UHGV virus genome: UHGV-0134521
Length of the DNA stretch: 37,102 bases
Direction: 5' to 3' (one strand)
From: a virus
Shown one piece after another: positions 18,765 to 28,232 of this stretch. How positions within the stretch are numbered: the stretch's first letter is position 1; each line of letters opens with the position of its first letter. The notes under the pieces are model-generated. The model was not told where the DNA came from, did not search any database, and saw nothing but the letters and a program-made list of their open reading frames with translations. The translations under genes were made by a program, and so were the position numbers.

Positions 18765-19257
18765 ACGCTGCCTTGTCGGGACCGTGCTGGCTATTGCTGC
18801 CACGCTGCCGGGTTTTCAGCAGCTTCACACCTCCGTGGAGGGGCTGAAACTGATTGCCGATTACGAAGGCTGTCGTCTGCAGCCGTATCAGTGCAGCGCG
18901 GGTGTCTGGACCGACGGCATTGGTAATACATCGGGCGTCATTCCCGGCAAAACCATTACGGAGCGACAGGCAGCAGAAGGGCTGATCTCCAACGTGCTGC
19001 GTGTGGAGCGGGCGCTGGAAAGGTGTGTGAAGCAACAGCCGCCGCAGAAGGTGTATGACGCTGCGGTGTCGTTTGCCTTCAACGTGGGTACGGGCAATGC
19101 CTGCAGTTCCACGCTGGTGAAATTACTCAATCAGCGGCGCTGGGCGGATGCATGCCGACAGTTGCCGCGCTGGGTTTATGTGAAAGGTGTTTTTAATCAG
19201 GGGCTGGATAACCGCCGTGCGCGGGAGATGGCCTGGTGCTTACAGGGAGCAAACTGA
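18745..19257 (+). CDS. K: Endolysin, lysozyme-like with N-terminal signal-anchor (SAR-type)
   Basis: Hydrophobic N-terminus followed by a lysozyme-like domain; position after holin; GGGAGGA SD. Confidence 0.8.
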   Translation: MNPSIVKRCLVGTVLAIAATLPGFQQLHTSVEGLKLIADYEGCRLQPYQCSAGVWTDGIGNTSGVIPGKTITERQAAEGLISNVLRVERALERCVKQQPPQKVYDAAVSFAFNVGTGNACSSTLVKLLNQRRWADACRQLPRWVYVKGVFNQGLDNRRAREMAWCLQGAN

Positions 19258-19258
19258 A

Positions 19259-19393
19259 ATGAAAAAGAAATTAATCAGCTGGCTGTTTCTGATGTTATGG
19301 ATGGCGCTGTTAATCGCAGCAATGATGTATCCGCAGGGAATTTTTCCGGTACTGGCAGCATCCGGCGTTTGGGTAGCCTGTCTGCTGACATGA
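19259..19393 (+). CDS. Small membrane protein, 44 aa (lysis accessory, LysA-like region)
   Basis: MKKKLISWLFLMLWMALLIAAMMYP... hydrophobic; ATG 19259 directly after K stop. Confidence 0.4.
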   Translation: MKKKLISWLFLMLWMALLIAAMMYPQGIFPVLAASGVWVACLLT

Positions 19394-19450
19394 GCAGTAA
19401 TTCCGGTAGCACTGGCTGCGTTAATTAAGAACGGCCCGCTCTGGCAGGAG

Positions 19451-19636
19451 TTGAGGGCATCTTTGCTGAAGAGCATTACCCGAAAAGAAAACGTATTTAT
19501 CAGCTGGATGATGCGATTGCTGATTGTCGTAAGTCTCGCCTGGACGGGGTGGGCTATTACCCTGGTCTTTTATCTGCTGACCGTTATTGCCTTCTGGATC
19601 ACCCGTAATCAGATGGCGCAACAGTTAGCAGCATGA
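19451..19636 (+). CDS. Small membrane protein, 61 aa (lysis accessory)
   Basis: Hydrophobic segments; stop overlaps LysB start. Confidence 0.4.
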   Translation: MRASLLKSITRKENVFISWMMRLLIVVSLAWTGWAITLVFYLLTVIAFWITRNQMAQQLAA

Positions 19637-20061
19637 ACCGGTTACTGCTGGTTGTGCTGGCGTTATTACTGGCGGCGCTGGGCTGGCAGACGTGGCGGCT
19701 GGCTGATGCCAGCCAGACCATCAGCACGCAGGCAGACGAGCTGCAGAGCAAAAGCCAGGCGCTGGCAAAGAGCAACAACCAGCTTATCAGCCTGTCCATT
19801 CTGACTGAAACTAACAACCGGGAGCAGGCGCGGCTCTATGCCGAAGCAGAACAGACCAGTGCACTGCTGAGACAACGACAACGCCGGATTGAGGAACTGA
19901 AACGTGAGAACGAGGATTTACGCCGCTGGGCTGATACTCCTTTGCCTGCTGACATTATCCGGCTGCGGGAACGTCCGGCACTCACCGGAGGTGCAGCTTA
20001 CCGTCAGTGGTTGTCCGCGAGTGACGCCGTGTCAGCTGGATCAGGCAGCGCCACACAATAA
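19633..20061 (+). CDS. lysB: Inner-membrane spanin (LysB / Rz-like)
   Basis: N-terminal TM helix, coiled-coil periplasmic domain, position after lysozyme. Confidence 0.8.
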   Translation: MNRLLLVVLALLLAALGWQTWRLADASQTISTQADELQSKSQALAKSNNQLISLSILTETNNREQARLYAEAEQTSALLRQRQRRIEELKRENEDLRRWADTPLPADIIRLRERPALTGGAAYRQWLSASDAVSAGSGSATQ

Positions 20062-20194
20062 CGGTGATCTGAACGCATTGCTGGATGAAACGGAGGCCGC
20101 CTGGGCGGTCTGTGCAGACAAAGTGGACATGATTATTGCGTGTCAGGAGCGAAACAGTGAACAAACCACAATCCCTGCGCCACGCCCTCAATAA
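19904..20194 (+). CDS. lysC: Outer-membrane lipoprotein spanin (LysC / Rz1-like), overlapping lysB in another frame
   Basis: Signal peptide with lipobox LSGC, Pro-rich mature part, overlapped arrangement with the i-spanin. Confidence 0.75.
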   Translation: MRTRIYAAGLILLCLLTLSGCGNVRHSPEVQLTVSGCPRVTPCQLDQAAPHNNGDLNALLDETEAAWAVCADKVDMIIACQERNSEQTTIPAPRPQ

Positions 20195-20588
20195 AGCAGT
20201 GCCTTATGTCCGTAATAACCCGGACAAACTGCATCTGTTTGTGGATAACGGTTCGCTGGTTGCCACCGGGGCCAGCTCCATGTCATGGGAGTACCGCTAC
20301 ACCCTGAACGTGGTGATTGAAGATTTCAGCGGCGACCAGAATCTGCTGATGGCCCCGGTTTTGCTGTGGCTGCGGGATAACCAGTCTGATGCCATCAATA
20401 ACCCGGCGTTACGGGAAAAGCTATTCACCTTTGAGGTGGATATTCTGCGCAACGATGTCTGTGATATCAGCCTGAACCTGCAGCTGACGGAGCGTGTGCT
20501 GGTCAGCACTGACGGAAGTGTGTCGAGCGTTGAAGCGATAACGGAACCCGATGAACCTGAAGAAATGTGGACGGTGAAACGTGGCTGA
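20157..20588 (+). CDS. R: Tail completion protein (gpR-like)
   Basis: P2 R-like sequence from GTG 20157 after AGGAG; the track ORF begins at an upstream TTG. Confidence 0.75.
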   Translation: MNKPQSLRHALNKAVPYVRNNPDKLHLFVDNGSLVATGASSMSWEYRYTLNVVIEDFSGDQNLLMAPVLLWLRDNQSDAINNPALREKLFTFEVDILRNDVCDISLNLQLTERVLVSTDGSVSSVEAITEPDEPEEMWTVKRG

Positions 20589-21030
20589 ACTGCAGAAAGT
20601 AGACGACTGGCTGAGTGCCTTGCTGGCGAATCTGGAGCCAGTCGCAAGAAGCCGCATGATGCGTCAGCTGGCGCAGGAACTGCGCCGGACACAGCAACAG
20701 AACATCAGGATGCAGCGCAATCCAGATGGCAGCAGTTATGAGCCGCGCAGAGTAACAGCACGCAGCAAAAAGGGGCGCATCAAACGTCAGATGTTTACAA
20801 AGCTGCGCACCACAAAATACCTGAAAACTGCCGCCAGCGCCGACTCTGCCAGCGTGCAGTTTGAAGGCAAGGTACAGCGCATTGCCCGTGTTCACCATTA
20901 CGGCCTGCGCGATCGCTTTAGCCGTAACGGCCCAGAAGTGCGCTATGCGGTGAGGAAGTTGTTGGGTATCAACGAAGAAGTGGAAACTTTAACTCAAGAC
21001 ATATTATTAATGTGGATATCCAGGAAGTAA
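20581..21030 (+). CDS. S: Tail completion protein (gpS-like)
   Basis: P2 S-like sequence; GTG start overlapping R stop. Confidence 0.8.
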   Translation: MAELQKVDDWLSALLANLEPVARSRMMRQLAQELRRTQQQNIRMQRNPDGSSYEPRRVTARSKKGRIKRQMFTKLRTTKYLKTAASADSASVQFEGKVQRIARVHHYGLRDRFSRNGPEVRYAVRKLLGINEEVETLTQDILLMWISRK

Positions 21031-21142
21031 TATTAGGTGATAAGGGAATGCGTAGATTCTTGCTAATTCCATGATCTTTCTCTTATTTTTTAATGCCGTG
21101 ATCTGATACATTGCCCTCTAGAGTTTGAGTTAGGAGGGTGTT

Positions 21143-21943
21143 ATGTCTGAAAAGTTAATTTTTTTATCCCATATAACAGAAGAAAAAGAATTAGCGAAAA
21201 TAATCAAAGATGCAATTGAAGACGAGTTTTCTGGATTCGTTGAAGTGTTTGTATCGTCAGATGGGAATACAATTAAAGCCGGTCAAAATTTCTTAAATGT
21301 TATTGAAAATGGGTTAGTAAATTGTATTGCTGCTATTTATCTGATAAGCCCAGAATCTGTCCAGAGAAGCTGGATTAGTTTTGAGTTAGGGGCTGTATGG
21401 GTTAGAAATGCTATCAGCCGGCAAAACGGCGGGCCAGAAATCCCTGCTATTCCTTTTTGCCACTCGGATATGACGTTTAGAGACTTGCCCCAACCTATCT
21501 GTAATCTAAATGGTATTGAAGCAAACCGATCTCATTCCTTGGAGTTTGCATTTAAGTCGATTCAGACCGCTGTTGGAGGAAAAGGACGATTGAGAACTGA
21601 TTTTGATGTTCTTGCCGAGAAAGTTAACATTTTTGAGAGAGATTATACAGTCTTCAAAAGTATAGGCGAAATTCTCGGTTTAATTGGTGTAGATAGCCAG
21701 CGTCGCGCACAATTAGTTCAGCTTGTTAATAGTTCAGCAGAGAATGAAGTTATAATTAAAACTGATACTAGGCAGGATTCAGCAGATATAATATTTAAAT
21801 TAGTTGATACTAAGTTAAGTCATTTCGCTAAATATAAAGTAACATCTTCTGGTTTAGGTATGGGACTTCAAGGCGCTTCTCCTTTCTGTGAATTTGAATT
21901 GAGAATGGATCGGAAAATACTCAGTGATTACTTGGCTCGATAG
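21143..21943 (+). CDS. TIR-like domain protein (N-terminal ~130 aa) with C-terminal domain of unknown function, 266 aa; moron between S and V
   Basis: LIFLSH...VEVFVSSDG...IAAIYLISPESVQRSWISFELGAVW follows TIR strand-helix topology including the S-x-W-x-x-E-L element; GGAGG SD; AT-rich. Confidence 0.55.
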   Translation: MSEKLIFLSHITEEKELAKIIKDAIEDEFSGFVEVFVSSDGNTIKAGQNFLNVIENGLVNCIAAIYLISPESVQRSWISFELGAVWVRNAISRQNGGPEIPAIPFCHSDMTFRDLPQPICNLNGIEANRSHSLEFAFKSIQTAVGGKGRLRTDFDVLAEKVNIFERDYTVFKSIGEILGLIGVDSQRRAQLVQLVNSSAENEVIIKTDTRQDSADIIFKLVDTKLSHFAKYKVTSSGLGMGLQGASPFCEFELRMDRKILSDYLAR

Positions 21944-21955
21944 TTTCTATTACCT

Positions 21956-21973
21956 TGTGTGAGGTGCCACACA
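21956..21973. promoter_or_regulatory. TGT-N12-ACA dyad (TGTGTGAGGTGCCACACA, extended palindrome TTGTGTG-N6-CACACAA) upstream of V
   Basis: Read directly from sequence; matches the P2 late-promoter activator motif. Confidence 0.5.
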
Positions 21974-21990
21974 ATTCCCTATATTACTAA

Positions 21991-22017
21991 AGCCTGCCAA
22001 TTTCTGGCAGGCTTTTT
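21991..22017 (+). terminator. Hairpin AGCCTGCC-(7 nt)-GGCAGGCT followed by TTTTT, ending 2 nt before V start
   Basis: 8-bp perfect stem plus T-run read from sequence. Confidence 0.5.
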
Positions 22018-22019
22018 CT

Positions 22020-22598
22020 ATGAACGCACAATTAACCGAAATCATGCGCCTTATCACCAACCTGATCCGCACTGGGGTAGTCACCGAAGTGGACAGGGAA
22101 AACTGGCTTTGCCGGGTGAAAACGGGCGAGCTTGAAACCAACTGGATCAGCTGGCTGACGCTGCGTGCCGGGAATGCCCGCACATGGTGGCGACCATCGG
22201 AAGGTGAGCAGGTGGTGCTGCTGAGTCTGGGCGGAAATCTGGAAACCGCCTTTGCGTTGCCCGCTGTCTATTCGAATCAGTTCGCGCCACCGTCGACGTC
22301 GGCAGACGCCTGCGTGACAGAACATCCTGACGGCGGCTGGTTTGAATACGAGCCCACCACCGGGCGCTGGTATGTCAGAGGCATCAAATCCATGGTCATT
22401 GAGGCTGCCGACAACATCACCCTGAAAACCTGTGAGTTTGTGCTGGAGGCTGACCGCACGCGTATTAACAGCGAAGTGGTGATCAATGGTGGCGTTACCC
22501 AGGGCGGCGGTGCGATGAGTTCTAACGAGATTGTGGTTGATGCGCATCAGCATACTGGCGTCCTGAAAGGCGGCGATACAACCGGAGGCCCGGTATGA
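22020..22598 (+). CDS. V: Baseplate spike protein (gpV-like)
   Basis: P2 V-like sequence. Confidence 0.9.
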   Translation: MNAQLTEIMRLITNLIRTGVVTEVDRENWLCRVKTGELETNWISWLTLRAGNARTWWRPSEGEQVVLLSLGGNLETAFALPAVYSNQFAPPSTSADACVTEHPDGGWFEYEPTTGRWYVRGIKSMVIEAADNITLKTCEFVLEADRTRINSEVVINGGVTQGGGAMSSNEIVVDAHQHTGVLKGGDTTGGPV

Positions 22599-22954
22599 CG
22601 CTTTATAGCGGGATGAACAATACCAGCGGCAAAGTCATTACTGATATTGATCATCTGCGCCAGTCGGTGCGGGACATTCTGCTGACACCGCAGGGTAGCC
22701 GCATTGCCCGCCGGGAATATGGTTCCCTCCTGTCGGTTTTAATAGATCAGCCACAAAATCCGGCATTACGCCTGCAGGTCATGTCGGCAGTGTATGTGGC
22801 GCTGAGTCGCTGGGAGCCACGGCTGACGCTGGATTCCATCACCATCAACAGCAACTTTGACGGTTCTATGGTGGTGGAGCTGACCGGGCGGCGGAATAAC
22901 GGTGTGCCTGTGTCCCTTTCCGTATCAACAGGAGCAGAGAATGGCAGTGATTGA
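22595..22954 (+). CDS. W: Baseplate protein (gpW-like, gp25 family)
   Basis: ATGA overlap with V; P2 W-like. Confidence 0.85.
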   Translation: MTLYSGMNNTSGKVITDIDHLRQSVRDILLTPQGSRIARREYGSLLSVLIDQPQNPALRLQVMSAVYVALSRWEPRLTLDSITINSNFDGSMVVELTGRRNNGVPVSLSVSTGAENGSD

Positions 22955-23849
22955 CCTTTCGCAGTTGCCTGCACCGCAGATTGTGGATGTGCCGGACTTT
23001 GAGACGCTGCTTGCCGAACGCAAAGCAGAATTTGTGGCGCTTCATCCGAAAGATGAGCAGGAAGCCGTGATCCGCACGCTGGAACTGGAATCTGAACCCG
23101 TCACTAAATTGTTGCAGGAGAACGCTTACCGTGAGTTGCTTCTGCGCCAGCGCATTAACGAAGCCGCGCAGGCGGTGATGGTGGCTTACGCGATGGGCGG
23201 CGATCTTGACCAGCTCGCTGCTAACTACAACGTGATACGCCTGACGGTGACGCCTGCTGATAATGATGCTGTGCCGCCCGTTGCAGCTGTGATGGAAAGC
23301 GATGAAGCGTTACGCCTGCGTGTGCCTGCAGCCTTTGAAGGGCTTTCTGTTGCGGGGCCCACTGCTGCTTATGAATTTCATGCCCGAAGCGCCGACGGTC
23401 GGGTGGCGGATGCCAGTGCAACCAGTCCGGCTCCTGCAGAGGTGGTGCTTACGGTCCTAAGCCGTGAAGGCGACGGAACAGCAGAAAAAGACTTGCTGGA
23501 TGTGGTGGAGAAAGCTCTGAACAGTGAGAACGTCCGCCCGGTTGCTGACCGTCTTACGGTTCGCAGCGCAGAAATCATCCCGTATCGCGTGGAAGCCACC
23601 ATTTTTCTCTATCCGGGACCGGAAGCAGAGCCGGTAATGGCAGCGGCAAAAGCCAGTCTGCAGAAGTACATTGCCAGCCAGACGAGGCTTGGTCGGGATA
23701 TTCGCCGTAGCGCCATCTTTGCTGCTCTGCATGTTGAGGGTGTTCAACGTGTGGAACTGGCTTCTCCGCTGGCGGATGTGGTCCTGAACAAAACACAGGC
23801 GGCATCATGTACGCAGTGGAGCGTAACCAACGGAGGAACGGATGAATAG
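22941..23849 (+). CDS. J: Baseplate assembly protein (gpJ-like)
   Basis: ATG 22941 after GGAG; P2 J-like. Confidence 0.85.
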   Translation: MAVIDLSQLPAPQIVDVPDFETLLAERKAEFVALHPKDEQEAVIRTLELESEPVTKLLQENAYRELLLRQRINEAAQAVMVAYAMGGDLDQLAANYNVIRLTVTPADNDAVPPVAAVMESDEALRLRVPAAFEGLSVAGPTAAYEFHARSADGRVADASATSPAPAEVVLTVLSREGDGTAEKDLLDVVEKALNSENVRPVADRLTVRSAEIIPYRVEATIFLYPGPEAEPVMAAAKASLQKYIASQTRLGRDIRRSAIFAALHVEGVQRVELASPLADVVLNKTQAASCTQWSVTNGGTDE

Positions 23850-24447
23850 TCTGCTGCCACCGGGTTCAACTTCACTGGAGCGCCGACTGGCGCAAACCTG
23901 TAGCGGGATTTCTGATCTGCAGGTGCCGCTGCGTGACTTGTGGAATCCGGCTGCCTGTCCGGTCAGCTTCCTGCCTTATCTCGCCTGGGCGTTCTCTGTG
24001 GATCGCTGGGACGAGGGCTGGACAGAAAGCGTCAAACGCCAAGTAGTGAAGGATGCTTTTTATATTCATCAGCATAAAGGAACCACCAGTGCCGTGCGGC
24101 GGGTGGTGGAACCGTTCGGATTCCTGATCCGCATTATTGAGTGGTGGCAGACCGGAGAAACACCGGGCACGTTTCGCCTGGATATCGGCGTGCAGGACCA
24201 GGGCATCACTGAAGATACCTATCTGGAACTTGAGCGGCTGATAAGCGATGCCAAACCATGTAGCCGTCACATGATCGGCATGTCCATCAATCTGCAGACC
24301 AGCGGTCCGCATTGGGTGGGGGCCGCCAGCTATCTTGGCGAAGAAATCACGATCTATCCGTATATCAACGAAACAATTATTTCTGGCGGCACCGCGCATG
24401 AAGGCGGGGCGGTCCATGTTATTGACACAATGAGAGTGAATCCATGA
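23842..24447 (+). CDS. I: Baseplate / tail protein (gpI-like)
   Basis: Position and overlap pattern; P2 I-like. Confidence 0.85.
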   Translation: MNSLLPPGSTSLERRLAQTCSGISDLQVPLRDLWNPAACPVSFLPYLAWAFSVDRWDEGWTESVKRQVVKDAFYIHQHKGTTSAVRRVVEPFGFLIRIIEWWQTGETPGTFRLDIGVQDQGITEDTYLELERLISDAKPCSRHMIGMSINLQTSGPHWVGAASYLGEEITIYPYINETIISGGTAHEGGAVHVIDTMRVNP

Positions 24448-26531
24448 GCACAAAATTTTATACCCTGCTGACGGATATTGGCGCGGCGAAACTTGCCAGC
24501 GCCGCCGCACTCGGTGTGCCGTTAAAAATTACCCATATGGCGGTAGGCGATGGCGGCGGAACATTACCAACGCCGGATGCAAAGCAGACTGCACTGGTAA
24601 ATGAGAAACGCCGGGCTGCGCTGAATATGCTCTATATCGACCCGCAAAACAGCAGCCAGATTATTGCTGAACAGGTGATCCCTGAAAACGAGGGTGGTTG
24701 GTGGATACGTGAAGTGGGCCTGTTTGATGAATCCGGGGCATTAATTGCCGTGGGCAACTGCCCGGAAAGCTATAAGCCGCAACTGGCTGAAGGCAGCGGG
24801 CGCACCCAGACCGTGCGCATGGTGCTGATTACCAGCAGTACGGACAATATCACCCTGAAAATTGACCCTGCCGTAGTGCTGTCAACCCGCAAGTATGTGG
24901 ATGACAAAATATCAGAGCACGAACAGTCACGACGTCACCCGGACGCCTCGCTGACCGCAAAAGGTTTTACTCAGTTAAGCAGTGCGACCAACAGTGAATC
25001 CGAAATACTGGCCGCAACACCGAAGGCAGTGAAGGCTGCATATGATCTTGCAGCAGGTAAAGCATCCGCCAGTCACACACACCCGTGGAGCCAGATAACG
25101 GATGTGCCTGCAGCTTCACTGACGGTAAAAGGCACCGTGCAACTCAGCAGCGCCACTAACAGCACGTCAGAAACGCAGGCTGCCACACCAAAGGCAGTGA
25201 AGGCTGCATATGATCTTGCAGCAGGTAAAGCATCCGCCAGTCACACACACCCGTGGAGCCAGATAACGGATGTGCCTGCAGCTTCACTGACGGTAAAAGG
25301 CACCGTGCAACTCAGCAGCGCCACTAACAGCACGTCAGAAACGCAGGCTGCCACACCAAAGGCAGTGAAGGCGGCATATGACCTTGCAGCAGGTAAGGCA
25401 CCTGTCAGTCACACGCACCCGTGGAGCCAGATAACGGATGTGCCTGCAGCTTCACTGACGGTAAAAGGCACCGTGCAACTCAGCAGCGCCACTAACAGCA
25501 CGTCAGAAACGCAGGCTGCCACACCAAAGGCAGTGAAGGCGGCATATGACCTTGCAGCAGGTAAGGCACCTGTCAGTCACACGCACCCGTGGAGCCAGAT
25601 AACGGATGTGCCTGCAGCTTCACTGACGGTAAAAGGCACCGTGCAACTCAGCAGCGCCACTAACAGCACGTCAGAAACGCAGGCTGCCACACCAAAAGCT
25701 GTGAAGGCTGTATATGACCTTGCCAATGGGAAACAACCTGCCGACGCCACACTGACCGCACTGGCAGGCCTTGCCACTGCGGCAGACAAACTTCCGTATT
25801 TTACGGGGAATGATACAGCCAGCCTGACAACCCTGACTAACGTTGGACGGAATATTCTGGATAAAGCAAGCACACAGGCGGTTATTCAATATCTTGGTCT
25901 GAGCGATGCAAGTGGATACGTTGGACGCTGGCTGAATACCCGGGTTTTCACCTCATCAGGTACGTACACCCCGACGCCAGGAACAAAACGGATCAGGGTC
26001 ACAATAACGGGCGGCGGTGGCGGAGGGGGCGGCTGCAAGGCTACATCCAATAATGAAACGTTTTTCGGTGCTGGCGGTGGGGCCGGTGGAACAATAATTT
26101 CAATAATGACCCCGACACAGAATAGTTATCCAGTCACTATCGGCGCAGGTGGGGCCGGTGGTGTTAGTGCGACGAACGGCACCAGTGGCGGGAATAGCGT
26201 ATTCGCATCGTTAATTGCTCCTGGTGGCGCAGGTGGCGGGAAAGTGGGAGTTACAAACACAAACGGCGGTAACGGAGGTGTGCCGAGTACTGGCGATATC
26301 CGCATCACTGGTGGAAATGGAGGCGACGGTCAGTCCGGAAATATCGGCGTCAGCGGTGAAGGCGGAACATCGCACTGGGGCGGCGGTGGACGCGCAGGCG
26401 CTGGCGGTGGTGTTAGTGGTAAGGCATATGGTTCAGGTGGCGGTGGCGCATACGATGCCGGTTATAGCGGAACCAGTATGACAGGCGGGAAAGGTGCCGC
26501 TGGGATTTGTATTATCGAGGAGTTTGCATAA
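24444..26531 (+). CDS. H: Tail fibre protein (gpH-like) with internal tandem 56-aa repeats and Gly-rich C-terminal region
   Basis: Conserved P2 H N-terminus (MSTKFYTLLTDIGAAKLA...), repeats containing SHTHPWSQITDVPA, C-terminal Gly-rich tract. Confidence 0.9.
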   Translation: MSTKFYTLLTDIGAAKLASAAALGVPLKITHMAVGDGGGTLPTPDAKQTALVNEKRRAALNMLYIDPQNSSQIIAEQVIPENEGGWWIREVGLFDESGALIAVGNCPESYKPQLAEGSGRTQTVRMVLITSSTDNITLKIDPAVVLSTRKYVDDKISEHEQSRRHPDASLTAKGFTQLSSATNSESEILAATPKAVKAAYDLAAGKASASHTHPWSQITDVPAASLTVKGTVQLSSATNSTSETQAATPKAVKAAYDLAAGKASASHTHPWSQITDVPAASLTVKGTVQLSSATNSTSETQAATPKAVKAAYDLAAGKAPVSHTHPWSQITDVPAASLTVKGTVQLSSATNSTSETQAATPKAVKAAYDLAAGKAPVSHTHPWSQITDVPAASLTVKGTVQLSSATNSTSETQAATPKAVKAVYDLANGKQPADATLTALAGLATAADKLPYFTGNDTASLTTLTNVGRNILDKASTQAVIQYLGLSDASGYVGRWLNTRVFTSSGTYTPTPGTKRIRVTITGGGGGGGGCKATSNNETFFGAGGGAGGTIISIMTPTQNSYPVTIGAGGAGGVSATNGTSGGNSVFASLIAPGGAGGGKVGVTNTNGGNGGVPSTGDIRITGGNGGDGQSGNIGVSGEGGTSHWGGGGRAGAGGGVSGKAYGSGGGGAYDAGYSGTSMTGGKGAAGICIIEEFA
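24949..25740 (+). repeat. Tandem direct repeat, 168-bp period, about 4.7 copies inside tail-fibre gene H
   Basis: The same 10-mer (ACCCGTGGAG) recurs at 25081, 25249, 25417 and 25585; copies 1 and 2 near-identical to each other, likewise 3 and 4. Confidence 0.85.
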
Positions 26532-26944
26532 TGAATGCGTCATATGCAGTTATTGAAAATGGGATGGTTGTGAATGTCATTGTCTGGGATGGCGAGGCTG
26601 AATTCACAGTGCCGGATAATCAGCAGCTCATTAATATTTCTGATATCAGTGAGCAGCCCGGAATCGGCTGGGTTTATTCAGACGGGGGATTTACTGCACC
26701 ACCCACTCAGGAACGTTCTCATGATGAACTGGTAGCTGACGCTGAACAGAAAAAACAGTCGCTGTTAGACGCAGCAATGGCCAATATCAGCGTGATTCAG
26801 TTAAAGCTGCAGGCCGGGCGCAAACTGACGCAAGAGGAAACTACCCGACTTAACGTTGTGCTGGATTATATCGAGGCTGTGACGGCAACAGATACCAGCA
26901 CCGCACCTGATATTATTTGGCCTGTTTTCCCTGCAAGCAGATAA
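26531..26944 (+). CDS. G: Tail fibre assembly chaperone (gpG-like)
   Basis: ATG overlaps H stop (TAATG); position downstream of H. Confidence 0.8.
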   Translation: MNASYAVIENGMVVNVIVWDGEAEFTVPDNQQLINISDISEQPGIGWVYSDGGFTAPPTQERSHDELVADAEQKKQSLLDAAMANISVIQLKLQAGRKLTQEETTRLNVVLDYIEAVTATDTSTAPDIIWPVFPASR

Positions 26945-26956
26945 ATACCGTCATTT

Positions 26957-26974
26957 TGTGTGAATAACGGTACA
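26957..26974. promoter_or_regulatory. TGT-N12-ACA dyad (TGTGTGAATAACGGTACA) upstream of tail sheath gene FI
   Basis: Read from sequence; about 85 bp before FI ATG. Confidence 0.5.
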
Positions 26975-27050
26975 ACTGCGCTTAGCTGCTTGTCAGACAC
27001 AATCACTTCAACATAGGGCGAAGCCTAATCCAATCAGGAGGTTCGCCACT

Positions 27051-28223
27051 ATGGCTCAGGATTACCACCACGGAGTGCGCGTTGTTGAAGTCAACGAAGG
27101 CACTCGATCCATTACCACGGTGAGCACCGCCATCGTGGGCATGGTCTGCACGGGCGATGATGCCGATGCAAAAATGTTCCCTCTTAATAAACCCGTGCTA
27201 ATCACTGATGTGCTTACTGCCAGCGGTAAGGCGGGTGAATCCGGTACGCTGGCCCGCTCGCTGGATGCCATCGCTGACCAGGCAAAACCCGTGACCGTTG
27301 TTGTGCGTGTGCCGCAGGGTGAAACGGAAGAAGAAACCACGACCAATATCATCGGCGCAGTGACTGCTGAAGGTAAAAAAACTGGTATGAAAGCCCTGTT
27401 ATCTGCCCAGTCACAGCTCGGTGTTAAACCGCGCATCCTCGGCGTGCCGGGGCACGATAATAAAGCCGTTGCTACTGAGTTGCTGGGCGTGGCGCAAAGC
27501 CTGCGTGGGTTTGCTTACCTGTCAGCGTATGGCTGCAAGACGGTGCAGGAGGCGATCACTTACCGTGAAAACTTCAGTCAGCGTGAAGGGATGCTGATTT
27601 GGCCTGACTTTACTGGCTGGGACACGGTGCTGAATGCCGACGCAACGGCATATGCCACCGCCCGTGCGCTTGGTCTGCGTGCCAAAATTGATGAGCAGAC
27701 AGGGTGGCACAAAAGCCTATCCAACGTGGGCGTGAACGGTGTCACCGGAATTTCTGCTGATGTGTTCTGGGATCTGCAGGACCCGGCAACTGATGCAGGT
27801 CTGCTGAACCAGAACGACGTCACCACGCTTGTGCGTAAAGACGGTTTCCGCTTCTGGGGTTCCCGCTGCCTGAGTGATGACCCTCTCTTTGCCTTCGAAA
27901 ACTACACCCGCACGGCGCAGGTGCTGATGGACACGATGGCAGAAGCGCCAATGTGGGCGGTCGATAAACCGCTGAATCCGTCGCTGGCCCGCGACATTAT
28001 CGAAGGTATCCGCGCCAAAATGCGCAGCCTGATCAGTCAGGGCTATCTCATTGGTGGCGATTGCTGGCTGGATGAGTCGGTGAACGACAAAGACACTCTG
28101 AAAGCTGGAAAACTCACCATCGACTACGACTACACACCAGTGCCGCCACTTGAAAACCTGATGCTGCGTCAGCGCATCACCGATCAGTACCTGGTGAATT
28201 TCTCCAGCCAGGTCAGCGCGTAA
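27051..28223 (+). CDS. FI: Tail sheath protein (gpFI-like)
   Basis: P2 FI-like sequence and size; GGAGG SD. Confidence 0.9.
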   Translation: MAQDYHHGVRVVEVNEGTRSITTVSTAIVGMVCTGDDADAKMFPLNKPVLITDVLTASGKAGESGTLARSLDAIADQAKPVTVVVRVPQGETEEETTTNIIGAVTAEGKKTGMKALLSAQSQLGVKPRILGVPGHDNKAVATELLGVAQSLRGFAYLSAYGCKTVQEAITYRENFSQREGMLIWPDFTGWDTVLNADATAYATARALGLRAKIDEQTGWHKSLSNVGVNGVTGISADVFWDLQDPATDAGLLNQNDVTTLVRKDGFRFWGSRCLSDDPLFAFENYTRTAQVLMDTMAEAPMWAVDKPLNPSLARDIIEGIRAKMRSLISQGYLIGGDCWLDESVNDKDTLKAGKLTIDYDYTPVPPLENLMLRQRITDQYLVNFSSQVSA

Positions 28224-28232
28224 GGGGACAAC

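Noticed and set aside
25990-26500. Gly-rich tract in H as a non-coding low-complexity or collagen-like region
   Set aside because: It is in frame within the single long H ORF and continues to a normal stop overlapping G; it lacks G-X-Y triplet periodicity, so it is treated as a Gly-rich fibre tip domain.
26945-27050. Possible Z/fun-type moron between G and FI
   Set aside because: Only about 106 bp of intergenic DNA carrying the late-promoter dyad; no ORF.
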